Notes under the pieces: generated by a model
Databases searched by the model: none
What the model was told of the DNA's origin: nothing
The model's input: the letters and a program-made list of their open reading frames with translations, nothing else
Shown: one piece after another, positions 1-8,817 of the stretch
How positions within the stretch are numbered: position 1 is the first letter of the stretch
How the letters are laid out: each line of letters starts with the position of its first letter
Program-made: the position numbers and the translations under genes
Source of the DNA: Aquifex aeolicus VF5
GTDB taxonomy: Bacteria; Aquificota; Aquificia; Aquificales; Aquificaceae
Assembly: GCF_000008625.1 (NCBI RefSeq)
Contig: NC_000918.1
Span: 1,440,001 to 1,472,000, forward strand
Length of the DNA stretch: 32,000 nucleotides
Direction: 5' to 3'

Positions 1-1113
1 GAGATGGTATTTGACGAGAGCGGAAACCTGAAGGCTTACGACATTTACGAGAGCGTTATAAGGAGCAAGGCACGCCTCACTTACAACGAAGCCCTTGCCC
101 TTATAGTGGGAGATCCAGCCCTTGAGAAGAAGTTCCCCAACCTCGTAGAGCCTCTAAGGATGATGGAGACCCTTTACAGGATTTTGAGCAGGAAAAGGTG
201 GGAGATGGGGAGTATAGACTTTGACCTCCCCGAGGCGGAGGTTATCGTTGATGAATACGGTGAGCCCACCGCTATATACCCCTACGAGAGGCACGTAGCC
301 CACAGGATAATTGAACACTTTATGATATCTGCAAACGAGACGGTAGCCCTGCACCTTGAACACGCAGGATACCCTTGCCTTTACCGTGTTCACGAACCGC
401 CAGACGAAGAAAAGGTAGAAAACCTCTTGGAAATCCTCGAAGGACTCGGATATAAAGTGAAGCGTCCACACGAGTACACTCCCAAGTTCTTCCAGAAGAT
501 AATAGAGGACTTTGAAGGAAGACCAGAAGAAAACCTTGTCAGGTTTCTCACCTTAAGAGCTATGGCGAGGGCAAAGTACAGCCCTCACAACGTGGGACAC
601 TTCGGACTTGCCCTTGAACACTACGCCCACTTTACCTCTCCCATCAGGCGTTATCCAGACATAATAGTCCACAGACTCCTCAAGAAAGCCCTGAGAGGTG
701 AGGAGATAGACTACGAGAAGACCTTGGCCTACCTCGAAGAGGCGGGAAACCACCTTTCCAAGCAGGAGAGGATAGCGGACGAGGCGGAAATGGAAGCGAT
801 AGATTACCTCAAGGCGAGGTACATGAAGGGAAGGATAGGTGAAGAGTTCATCGGAATTATCACGGGAGTTGTTGCCTTCGGATTTTTCGTTGAACTTGAG
901 GAGAATCTTGTTGAGGGACTCGTGAAGATAAACACGCTCACGGACGATGAGTACGTATTTGACGAACCCGCTCACAGATTAGTTGGTGTGAGGACGGGAA
1001 AAGTTTTCAGACTCGGCGACCACGTGAAAGTAAGGTGCATAGCGGTGGACGAGGAAAGGGCAAGGGTGGAGTTTGAACTGATAGAAAAGCTTGAAAAACA
1101 CGAAACCTTATGA
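1..1113 (+). CDS. rnr: RNase R/RNase II (VacB) family exoribonuclease, C-terminal part; 5' end lies outside the window
   Basis: Frame open from base 1. Contains RNB-domain motifs (YRVHEPPDEEKVENL, MARAKYSPHNVGHFGLALEHYAHFTSPIRRYPDIIVHRLL) followed by an S1-like C-terminus (GEEFIGIITGVVAFGFFVELEENLVEGLVKI). Confidence 0.93.
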   Translation, partial: EMVFDESGNLKAYDIYESVIRSKARLTYNEALALIVGDPALEKKFPNLVEPLRMMETLYRILSRKRWEMGSIDFDLPEAEVIVDEYGEPTAIYPYERHVAHRIIEHFMISANETVALHLEHAGYPCLYRVHEPPDEEKVENLLEILEGLGYKVKRPHEYTPKFFQKIIEDFEGRPEENLVRFLTLRAMARAKYSPHNVGHFGLALEHYAHFTSPIRRYPDIIVHRLLKKALRGEEIDYEKTLAYLEEAGNHLSKQERIADEAEMEAIDYLKARYMKGRIGEEFIGIITGVVAFGFFVELEENLVEGLVKINTLTDDEYVFDEPAHRLVGVRTGKVFRLGDHVKVRCIAVDEERARVEFELIEKLEKHETL

Positions 1114-1128
1114 AAATTTTATAAATAA

Positions 1129-1695
1129 ATGTCTAAGGATAAGGAGAGGAGAAGGAAAATACTCCAGCTTTTGAAGGAAAGGGAAAGGACTCCTAAGGAA
1201 CTTGCCACCGTATTCAACGTATCCCTGATGACGATTTACAGGGATATAAAGGAGCTTGAAAAGGAAGGTCTCGTTGAGAGAAAACACGGAACCGTTTATC
1301 TGAAAAGGGAAACGGAGGACGGCAAGTGTGTTATATGTTCAAAGGAAGTGGACGAGAGGTTCAAGGTCGTCTTCTTTTTAAAAGAGGATAAAAAAGTCTT
1401 TGCATGCTGTCCTCACTGTGGATTGATGGCTTTTAAAAAGCTCGGCCCAAATATACAGTCCGCTCTGATGAGGGACTTTATAAGCTGTAATCCCGTTAAC
1501 GCCTTTACGAGCTGGTACGTGGTTGGAGCGGACATAAACCCTTGTTGCAGTCCTTCCGCCTTTTCCTTCAGTGCAAAGTACAACGCAGAACGTTTCGCCC
1601 AAGGGTTCGGAGGAAAGGTTTTGAACTTTGAAGACGCTGTTGAGGAAATAAACAGACTCATGAGCTTTGGAACGAGAGTAAAATTTAACTTATAA
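1129..1695 (+). CDS. DeoR-like HTH domain fused to a Cys-rich NosL-like domain; putative metal- or redox-responsive regulator
   Basis: N-terminus RRKILQLLKERERTPKELATVFNVSLMTIYRDIKELEKEGLVERKHG is a winged-HTH. C-terminus has CVICSK..CCPHCG..CNP..YVVGADINPCCSPSAFSF..AERFAQGFGGKVLNFEDAV, which resembles NosL-type domains. Confidence 0.75.
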   Translation: MSKDKERRRKILQLLKERERTPKELATVFNVSLMTIYRDIKELEKEGLVERKHGTVYLKRETEDGKCVICSKEVDERFKVVFFLKEDKKVFACCPHCGLMAFKKLGPNIQSALMRDFISCNPVNAFTSWYVVGADINPCCSPSAFSFSAKYNAERFAQGFGGKVLNFEDAVEEINRLMSFGTRVKFNL

Positions 1696-2420
1696 TGGCT
1701 ACGGACTACCAAACCATCTACATACTGGGCGGGGGGATGCTTCTACAGGAGAGGAAGCTGGACGTTTCTACAAACAACATGGCAAACGTAAACACTCCCG
1801 CTTTTAAAAAAGACTACCTCACGGCGGTAAGCTATTACGTCCCGAACGGACAAAAGGTTCAAAACACAAACCCTTTTGAGCCTTCTAACAACTACGTCTA
1901 CCCGATAGTGAATGAAGTAATACCCGTGCTTTCTCAGGGAGCACTGGTCAAAACTGAAAATCCCCTCGATTTGGCCATAGAAGGTGAAGGCTTCTTTGCG
2001 GTAAGAGGTCCGAATGGCATCCTTTACACACGAAAGGGCATTTTCAGGATAAACGAAGAAGGATTCCTTACTACGGAGGAAGGGTATCAAGTTTTAGACG
2101 AAAACCTGAACCCTATACAAATTCAGGGGCAAAACGTGAAGATAACAAAGGACGGAACTATTTTTGTGGATGAAAATCCCGTGGGAAGGCTTGGCATATT
2201 TAACTTACAAAACATTCAGAAACTCGGAGAGGACTTCTTTCAAGGGAATCCTACTCCCGCAACAGATTACAGAGTTTATCAGGGATTTTACGAGGCTTCA
2301 AACGTAAACGCCGTGAAGGAAATGGTTAAGGTTATAGAAGCGGTAAGTGCACACGAGATATTTTCCAAACTCATACAAATGACGGACGAAGTCCAAGGAA
2401 AGTGGAATCAGTCCGTTTAA
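1695..2420 (+). CDS. Flagellar basal-body rod/hook protein of the FlgF/FlgG family
   Basis: N-terminal LDVSTNNMANVNTPAFKKDYL motif, central GALVKTENPLDLAIEGEGFFAV, and C-terminal EASNVNAVKEMVKVIEAVSAHEIFSKLIQ are classical for rod/hook proteins. Start overlaps the previous stop (TAATG). Confidence 0.9.
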   Translation: MATDYQTIYILGGGMLLQERKLDVSTNNMANVNTPAFKKDYLTAVSYYVPNGQKVQNTNPFEPSNNYVYPIVNEVIPVLSQGALVKTENPLDLAIEGEGFFAVRGPNGILYTRKGIFRINEEGFLTTEEGYQVLDENLNPIQIQGQNVKITKDGTIFVDENPVGRLGIFNLQNIQKLGEDFFQGNPTPATDYRVYQGFYEASNVNAVKEMVKVIEAVSAHEIFSKLIQMTDEVQGKWNQSV

Positions 2421-4795
2421 GCTACGAAACTGAGCTCCATCTTGTCTCCGTACTTCTTTATGAGAAGTTTTTTAAGGTCCTGTAAGTTTTCAAGGTTCGG
2501 GTTGTTCTTGAGGAGTTCTTCTGCGTCTTTCCTAGCAACGCCGAGGAGTGCTCTGTCCTGACTCCTCGCCAGATTTGCCACCCTGAAGCCAAAGTACCCA
2601 GACTGGGAAACTCCTATAATTTCACCGGGACCTCTTAGCTTCAAGTCTTCCTCCGCTATCTTGAACCCGTCCGTGGTTTTTACAAAAACCCTTAATCTCT
2701 TTAGGGACTCGTTCTTCTCGTTCTTTATCTCGTCGGGAACTACCAAAAGGCAGTAAGCCTCCTTGTCGGAACGTCCGACCCTTCCCCTAAGCTGATGGAG
2801 TTGAGAAAGTCCGAACCTGTGGGCATCTTCTATCACCATAACCGTGGCTTCCGGAACGTCTATTCCCACCTCTATAACCGTCGTTGAAACGAGTATGTCT
2901 CCCTCCCTTTTGAACTCCTCCATAACTGCGAGTTTTTCTTTGTCTGGCATCTTTCCGTGGAGGAGGAGAACCTTTCTGTCGGGAAAGAGTTTTTTCCACC
3001 TTTCATACTCCTCCGTTGCCGCCTTAAGGTTGAGCTTTTCGCTTTCCTCAATTAGCGGGTATATCACGTAAACCTTGTTCCCTTTTTTTAGTTCTTCTTC
3101 AACCTTTTTGTAAACTTCTTCCTTCTGGCTTTCAAAGTATAGTTTGGTAATGACTTCCTTCCTTCCGGGAGGTAGTTCGTCTATTATGGATATGTCCAGA
3201 TCTCCGTATATGGATAGGGCAAGGGTTCTTGGAATTGGTGTTGCACTCATAACGAGACAGTGCGGGTAAAGTCCTTTTCCTTTCTCAAGGAGGAGTTTTC
3301 TCTGCATGACGCCGAACCTGTGCTGTTCGTCTATAATGACGTATCCTAAATTCTTGAACTCAACTTTGTCCTGAATTAGGGCATGCGTTCCAACAAGTAC
3401 GTGAATATTCCCTTCCTTTACGTGTTTGTAAACGCTCTTCTTTTGAGAGGGTGTCAGACTTCCGGTCAGGAGTGCTACGTTTACTCCGTAGTCTTTTAAC
3501 ATCTCGGAAAACTTTTTATAGTGCTGGTGGGCGAGAATTTCCGTGGGAACCATTACCGCTACCTGATAACCACTTTTTACCACCGCAAGGGATGTCAAGA
3601 TGGCGACAATAGTCTTACCGCTTCCCACATCCCCCTGAAGCAGTCTGTTCATTGGAACATCTCTTGAAAGATCTTCCAGAATCTCCTTTATGGCTCTTTC
3701 CTGTGCCCTTGTGAGTTTGAAGGGAAGTTTTTCAATAGCTTTTCTCAAGAACTTTTCATCTACGTTTACCTTGGGTGCTTTTTCCTTTTTTATTTCCTGT
3801 TTTTTAAGTAAAAGTGCGAGTTGGAAGAGAAATAATTCATCGTATATCACTCTTTTGTGGTAGAGGTCGGTAAATGAGTTTAAGGCGTTTACGGAAATGT
3901 CTTTGGGATTGTGTAGCTCTTTTATGCACAGGGCTATGTCGGGAAAGTTGTACTTTTCTATTAAGTAATCGGGCATATACTCGGGAAAGTACCTGTAAAG
4001 GCTTTCAGAGAGAGCAGTTAAAGCCGTTCTTACCCTCTTTTGTTTGGTTTTTGAAGATATCTCCTGAAGTTCCCCCCTTTTTCTCACGTAATAAACGGGA
4101 ATTATCTTTCCGAGTTCCTCGCTGGAAGGGGACTTCACTTCCGGGTGAACCATGTACTTTTCCCCTTTGAAGCTCTTCAGTTTTCCATAAACGACGATTT
4201 CCATTCCCTTTCTGAATGCCTTAAGGGCAAAGTGTGGGTTTTTGTAGCGGTACTTTAGCGTTATGTACCCAGTTCCGTCTGTGCAAACGACTTCCAGAGT
4301 GTAGCGCTCATTTTCCTTTATCTTTACCTCTTTTACCTTTACCTTCAGTGCTACCTTTTCACCGACTTTCGCGGTTTTTATTGAAGTGTTTAGTCTCTTG
4401 TCTTCGTACTTTTCGGGAAAGTAAAAGAGTGCGTCGTAAACGGTTTCGATTCCGAGAGCTTTTAAAGTGCTAATCTGAGTTTTTGTAAGGATTTTTACTT
4501 TTTCTATCGGATTGAAAAAGACGTCTATGGGTTTTCTCTTTGTCTTTTCAAGGAAGTTTCCCTCTTTCTTCCGTTTTTCATACTCCGAAAGGAACTTCCT
4601 TACTTCCCTCAGAACCGCTTTTTTCTTTTCAAAGGGAAGTTTGTCAACTTCTTTTAAGCTTTCCAGAATGTAATCGGGAGCGTCTTCCTTCAATTTATTG
4701 AAGAGGAAAATACCTACACCGATAGCTCTCTTCAACTTCAAACCGTCGTTTTCAAGGAGGTTGTCTATGAAGTCCTTTACAAAAGCGGTATCCAT
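2417..4795 (-). CDS. recG: ATP-dependent DNA helicase RecG
   Basis: Helicase motifs LLQGDVGSGKT, DEQHRFGV, MSATPIPRT, VIEVGIDVPEA, QLRGRVGRS; wedge/OB-like domain upstream; 792 aa. Confidence 0.97.
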   Translation of the reverse strand: MDTAFVKDFIDNLLENDGLKLKRAIGVGIFLFNKLKEDAPDYILESLKEVDKLPFEKKKAVLREVRKFLSEYEKRKKEGNFLEKTKRKPIDVFFNPIEKVKILTKTQISTLKALGIETVYDALFYFPEKYEDKRLNTSIKTAKVGEKVALKVKVKEVKIKENERYTLEVVCTDGTGYITLKYRYKNPHFALKAFRKGMEIVVYGKLKSFKGEKYMVHPEVKSPSSEELGKIIPVYYVRKRGELQEISSKTKQKRVRTALTALSESLYRYFPEYMPDYLIEKYNFPDIALCIKELHNPKDISVNALNSFTDLYHKRVIYDELFLFQLALLLKKQEIKKEKAPKVNVDEKFLRKAIEKLPFKLTRAQERAIKEILEDLSRDVPMNRLLQGDVGSGKTIVAILTSLAVVKSGYQVAVMVPTEILAHQHYKKFSEMLKDYGVNVALLTGSLTPSQKKSVYKHVKEGNIHVLVGTHALIQDKVEFKNLGYVIIDEQHRFGVMQRKLLLEKGKGLYPHCLVMSATPIPRTLALSIYGDLDISIIDELPPGRKEVITKLYFESQKEEVYKKVEEELKKGNKVYVIYPLIEESEKLNLKAATEEYERWKKLFPDRKVLLLHGKMPDKEKLAVMEEFKREGDILVSTTVIEVGIDVPEATVMVIEDAHRFGLSQLHQLRGRVGRSDKEAYCLLVVPDEIKNEKNESLKRLRVFVKTTDGFKIAEEDLKLRGPGEIIGVSQSGYFGFRVANLARSQDRALLGVARKDAEELLKNNPNLENLQDLKKLLIKKYGDKMELSFVA

Positions 4796-4796
4796 C

Positions 4797-7700
4797 TCAG
4801 AAATCGAATTCTCTTACATATCTTAATTTATACTCGCGGGTGTTGTCCGAGTAAACGTTAAAGCTAAAGCCGAGGTCAAGACTTCCTGGAGACCTTACCT
4901 CAGCCCCCCAGAAGGTGTCCTTTTTGTCCTTCGTTGAAGCCGTTTGATAATAGAGGGAGAAGTAACTGCCAAGTTTTTTCTTCAGTTTTACCAGAGCACC
5001 GACTTCACCAGTGGAACTGGTCTTTATACCTATTTCCACGTTAACGTCAAAAAGCCTTTCAATCGTTCCTTTAACGTACCCTAAGGCTTTGAGCTCGTTT
5101 GCAAGAACCGTACCCACAGGCAGTATCCCCTCGTTCACACCTCCGCTTATTAACTTAAAGAGGATCTGTTCCCTGCTGAGAGGTGGTTCCGAGAAGTAGT
5201 AAACACTCGGATTTTCAGGCGTTCCATGAACGAGCAGGAATATTTTATACCCGTCCGATACCGTATTCAGGTAAAAGTCAAACTCCGTAAGCTCCTTATC
5301 TTTTTCCTTTAGGAGTTTAACGGTACTCCTTTTTACGAAAAACTTTCTCCCGAAGTATTCCAGCCTTCCGGACTTTAAAACTACGTCTATCTCATAGTAA
5401 GGCTCGGGCAGTTTTCCGTAAATGCGACCGTTTAAAGCCGTGTAAACCCTACCTTCCGGTAGTTTAACTATTAATCCATTTTCAGTTTTGAAATTGATGT
5501 CCAGCGTAATCTCAACCGGTAAGGTCTTCTTTTCCTCTTCCTTTTTTTCCGGAAGTTTTTTTACTTTAACGTATCCATCGAGGAGGGTATCCAGGGTAAG
5601 GAATATCTCTTTAAAGTTTTTAACTACAACCTTCCCTTTTCCGTCCGCTTCTATCCTAGCCCTTATCCCGTCTTTTAATTTTACAGGTAGGTTTTTATAG
5701 ACGAATTCAACCTCAAAGTCCCTGAAATTTTTGGATATAGCGTAGGCGTTTAAGAAACCTTCTCTGAACCATCCCGTCAACGCAAAGGCGAAGAAGTCTT
5801 TTCTTAACTCAAGGTTCATAGCGCTACCGAAGGGCTCGTAAAAGTAAAGGGAGTTTATCCTAACGGGTTCGTCGTTTCTGGCAAGGAACTTAAGCTCGTT
5901 TCCATCAAACACAAACTCGTAATCCAGTTTACCGAACATCTGAGATTTCATCAAAGAACCTATGTGTTTGGAAAGCAAAGTTAAGTTTAGAGTTCCGGAG
6001 GATTTGAGGTATAGATTTCCTTTGTAAGCTATATTCAGGACTCCGTTAAGTACCCCTGTTATCTTAACGGGTTCAAAAGAAAAATTCTTTGTTGTTCCCA
6101 CACCTTTTGAGGGCGAAATACTCAAGAGTTTTTTGTCCAGAAGTGAGACATCAAGTCCTTTAAATTCTACAGAAAGATTTTCCTTTTCCAAGAATACATT
6201 TAAACCGTTGAACCTGTAATTAAACCTTTTTCCTCTCAATTGAGTAGGAAAGAGTGAAATTTTTACCTGATCTTCTTTGGTTTCAATCTTTCCCTTTATC
6301 TTTATTTTTTCCCTTAGAAGTGCGTAAAAAGCTTCAAAGTTTGCTTTAACATCTTTGTTCTTTATCTCTCCATTTAAAGAAATCCCGAACTCTTTTTTAT
6401 CAATCTTTCCATAAAATTCTCCAGATCTTCCAGAAATATAGTAAACCACTCTAAGAATTGAGTCCTTAGAAGCCCCGAATATCCTTAAGTTGTTATCAAG
6501 CAGTAAAAGTGAATACTTGAAATTTTCAAGAACGCTTTTTTCTTTAAAACGAACGTTTAATATCCCGTTTCCTTCTAAAGTAATTTTCTCATTTTTTTTA
6601 TTAAAATTAAACTCTAACTCAGTTTTTGCATATATATTGGATAAGTTAAGAGCTAAGTCCCCAAGCTTTCCTTTTGAGTTTATACTTTTTCCCTGAATTG
6701 AGAACTCAATACTTCCATGAGAAATTTTTATACTCTTTTCTTTTCCTTCTAAACTAAAGTTGTTCAACTGTATAAATCCTTTCAAATTATCAAACTTTCC
6801 TTTAACGAAACCAAAGGAATTTCCATAATAAACGAGTGCTTCAATTTCTTTATCTCTTATCTTTACATCAGAGGAAATTCTCTGCAAAGAGAAATCTCTA
6901 AATTGTCCATTATTTGCAAAAATTTTGGCTTCCATTTCGAATATTTTTCCTTTTTTAAACTTACCCTCTCCCGAAAGGTAAGCGTTGAAATCCTGAAATA
7001 CTACAGGAAAGTCATTAAAAGAAAATTCTCCTTCTAATTTATTCTTATTAATAATTAAATTCCCCTTCGCATAACCCGAGTTTTTAAACTCAAAATTTAA
7101 ACTTCCGTTTCCCGAAAAGTTGTAGGAAAATAAGACATCACCTTTAAATTTTTTATCAATAACCTCTAAGTTTTCCGTAAAAGCGTTAACTTTAACAAAC
7201 ATTTTCTTGAAGTCTACCTTTCCGTTTCCGTGGAACTCCCCTCTTATTTCTCTGTTTATCCCGAGAGTATTTTTATCCACTACGAGGTTTTCAAAGGAAA
7301 ATGTAAGCAATCCTTCGGGGATTACATCGTAAGTGAATTTTATCTTAGTTCCTTCAGGGTTTACTGCTTCCCCTTTCAAGAAAAGCTTATCAAATAACTC
7401 GTAATTTCCCTTTACTATCCCCTCAATAGATCCGTAGTTTTTATTCCTTACGATTAAATCTTTTACAAATGCCTTTGCATTTATGTCCAGAACCGGGAGG
7501 TTTATCGTACCCTTTGCGTTTATCTTCGTCCCAGAAAGGGTAAAGTTTTCTTTTCTAATTTCTTTTATCTCCACTTCGGCTAGGATTTCTCCCGTATTTC
7601 TCTTTATTTCTCCCTTTGTTTTTGCAGAAAAATACTCACTGTCGAGCAATAAATCTTTAAGGGTTAAGGTATCCCTTTGGATTTTTGCTTTAATACTTCC

Positions 7701-8147
7701 GTTTAATGTGAAGCTTCTTAAATTTGTGTATAAAAATTCTCCTTCTAATTCGTTATTTATCAAACTTGCGTCTTTTACAATAACTCTGTTTACTCCTCCT
7801 TCATTCCCCGTCCATACATCCAAGTGCCCGATTTTCAGGTTAATTGGAATTTCCCGAATCGGAATATTTTTCAGTAAAAATTTTTTCTTTTTCTTTCTCT
7901 TTTTAAAACTAACAACTACCACTTTTCCCTTTTCAATTTTTATAATTTTCTCGAATTTAATGTCTTTAAAATTCAGGTATAAATTTAAACCGAAAAATCT
8001 CTCAAGGTTAAGAATTAATTCTTTTACAGTTCTGGTTCTAATATCTAAATCTAAATCTAAGTAAAAGTTCTTCTTTCTCAGAAAATCGTAAACGAACAGG
8101 GAAAATAAGGTAAATAAAAACAAAAGGAAGGTAAGGAAAAAGCGCAT
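4797..8147 (-). CDS. Large TamB/AsmA-like (DUF490-type) envelope protein
   Basis: 1116 aa with an N-terminal TM segment, long repetitive beta-rich sequence, and a C-terminus with SGRLEYFGRKFFVKRSTVKLLK...VHGTPENPSVYYFSEPPLSREQILFKLISGG...VNVEIGIKTSSTGEVGALVKLKKKLGSYFSLYYQTAS, typical of TamB C-termini. Confidence 0.75.
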   Translation of the reverse strand: MRFFLTFLLFLFTLFSLFVYDFLRKKNFYLDLDLDIRTRTVKELILNLERFFGLNLYLNFKDIKFEKIIKIEKGKVVVVSFKKRKKKKKFLLKNIPIREIPINLKIGHLDVWTGNEGGVNRVIVKDASLINNELEGEFLYTNLRSFTLNGSIKAKIQRDTLTLKDLLLDSEYFSAKTKGEIKRNTGEILAEVEIKEIRKENFTLSGTKINAKGTINLPVLDINAKAFVKDLIVRNKNYGSIEGIVKGNYELFDKLFLKGEAVNPEGTKIKFTYDVIPEGLLTFSFENLVVDKNTLGINREIRGEFHGNGKVDFKKMFVKVNAFTENLEVIDKKFKGDVLFSYNFSGNGSLNFEFKNSGYAKGNLIINKNKLEGEFSFNDFPVVFQDFNAYLSGEGKFKKGKIFEMEAKIFANNGQFRDFSLQRISSDVKIRDKEIEALVYYGNSFGFVKGKFDNLKGFIQLNNFSLEGKEKSIKISHGSIEFSIQGKSINSKGKLGDLALNLSNIYAKTELEFNFNKKNEKITLEGNGILNVRFKEKSVLENFKYSLLLLDNNLRIFGASKDSILRVVYYISGRSGEFYGKIDKKEFGISLNGEIKNKDVKANFEAFYALLREKIKIKGKIETKEDQVKISLFPTQLRGKRFNYRFNGLNVFLEKENLSVEFKGLDVSLLDKKLLSISPSKGVGTTKNFSFEPVKITGVLNGVLNIAYKGNLYLKSSGTLNLTLLSKHIGSLMKSQMFGKLDYEFVFDGNELKFLARNDEPVRINSLYFYEPFGSAMNLELRKDFFAFALTGWFREGFLNAYAISKNFRDFEVEFVYKNLPVKLKDGIRARIEADGKGKVVVKNFKEIFLTLDTLLDGYVKVKKLPEKKEEEKKTLPVEITLDINFKTENGLIVKLPEGRVYTALNGRIYGKLPEPYYEIDVVLKSGRLEYFGRKFFVKRSTVKLLKEKDKELTEFDFYLNTVSDGYKIFLLVHGTPENPSVYYFSEPPLSREQILFKLISGGVNEGILPVGTVLANELKALGYVKGTIERLFDVNVEIGIKTSSTGEVGALVKLKKKLGSYFSLYYQTASTKDKKDTFWGAEVRSPGSLDLGFSFNVYSDNTREYKLRYVREFDF

Positions 8148-8155
8148 TTATTTTC

Positions 8156-8791
8156 TTATTCTACACCCATCATCTTTAGGTGAATCTTTATCTTGTGAAG
8201 TAGGTCTGCGGGGTTCTTAACGGGGTACTCTATCTTTTCTACCACTTCTTCGGCGGGCATACCTTTTATTACTACACCCTTGACCTTTTCCTTAAGTTCC
8301 TCAGGGGAGTTAATGGGGAAGTGAGTTCCTTTTATCTTCTTGAGTAGCAGGTATGCCCAGGGAACTTCTAGAGCTTCGGCGGCCATCGTACAGAACTCGA
8401 GGAATACCTTGGGCTCTTCTCCTTCTTTGACTTTCTTGTAGGCGAGTTTTGCTATACCGCCTGCGGTGTGAACTCTGAGTTCTTTCTTTTCTTCCTTCGT
8501 AAGTTCGTCTATGTGCTGTATCTTGTAAAGGGCGAGTTCAGGGTCGGCTCTCAAGATATTTCTGACGGTCTGTCTCGTGAGTCCTACGAGTTCGGCGATT
8601 TCTTCCTCTGTTTTTAGAAACTCTTCCCTGTAAACGATAACGAACGCAGCCCTCGCAAGGGAAGGTAACCACGTTAGAGTCCTGTACTCGGCGAGCTTGT
8701 GAAGCCCTCCCAGAAGGTCAATAGCTTTGAGAAATACTCTCGTGACTAAAGACTCAACGTCAACCTCTACGGGTTGAACCTGTACTACCAT
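8156..8791 (-). CDS. Uncharacterised 211-aa protein with an internal HTH-like segment (EEEIAELVGLTRQTVRNILRADPELA)
   Basis: Complete ORF in the same orientation as its neighbours. The N-terminal HTH-like region may match the short 'near-KaiC' regulatory domain seen mostly in archaea, but this is from memory only. Confidence 0.7.
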   Translation of the reverse strand: MVVQVQPVEVDVESLVTRVFLKAIDLLGGLHKLAEYRTLTWLPSLARAAFVIVYREEFLKTEEEIAELVGLTRQTVRNILRADPELALYKIQHIDELTKEEKKELRVHTAGGIAKLAYKKVKEGEEPKVFLEFCTMAAEALEVPWAYLLLKKIKGTHFPINSPEELKEKVKGVVIKGMPAEEVVEKIEYPVKNPADLLHKIKIHLKMMGVE

Positions 8792-8817
8792 GTTCCACCT
8801 CCTTATTTTTCTTGGTG

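Noticed and set aside
7483-8064. 193-aa plus-strand ORF antisense to the TamB-like gene
   Set aside because: It lies entirely inside a well-supported minus-strand gene, is low-complexity (Phe/Ser/Leu rich, antisense of Lys/Glu codons), and has no recognisable motif.
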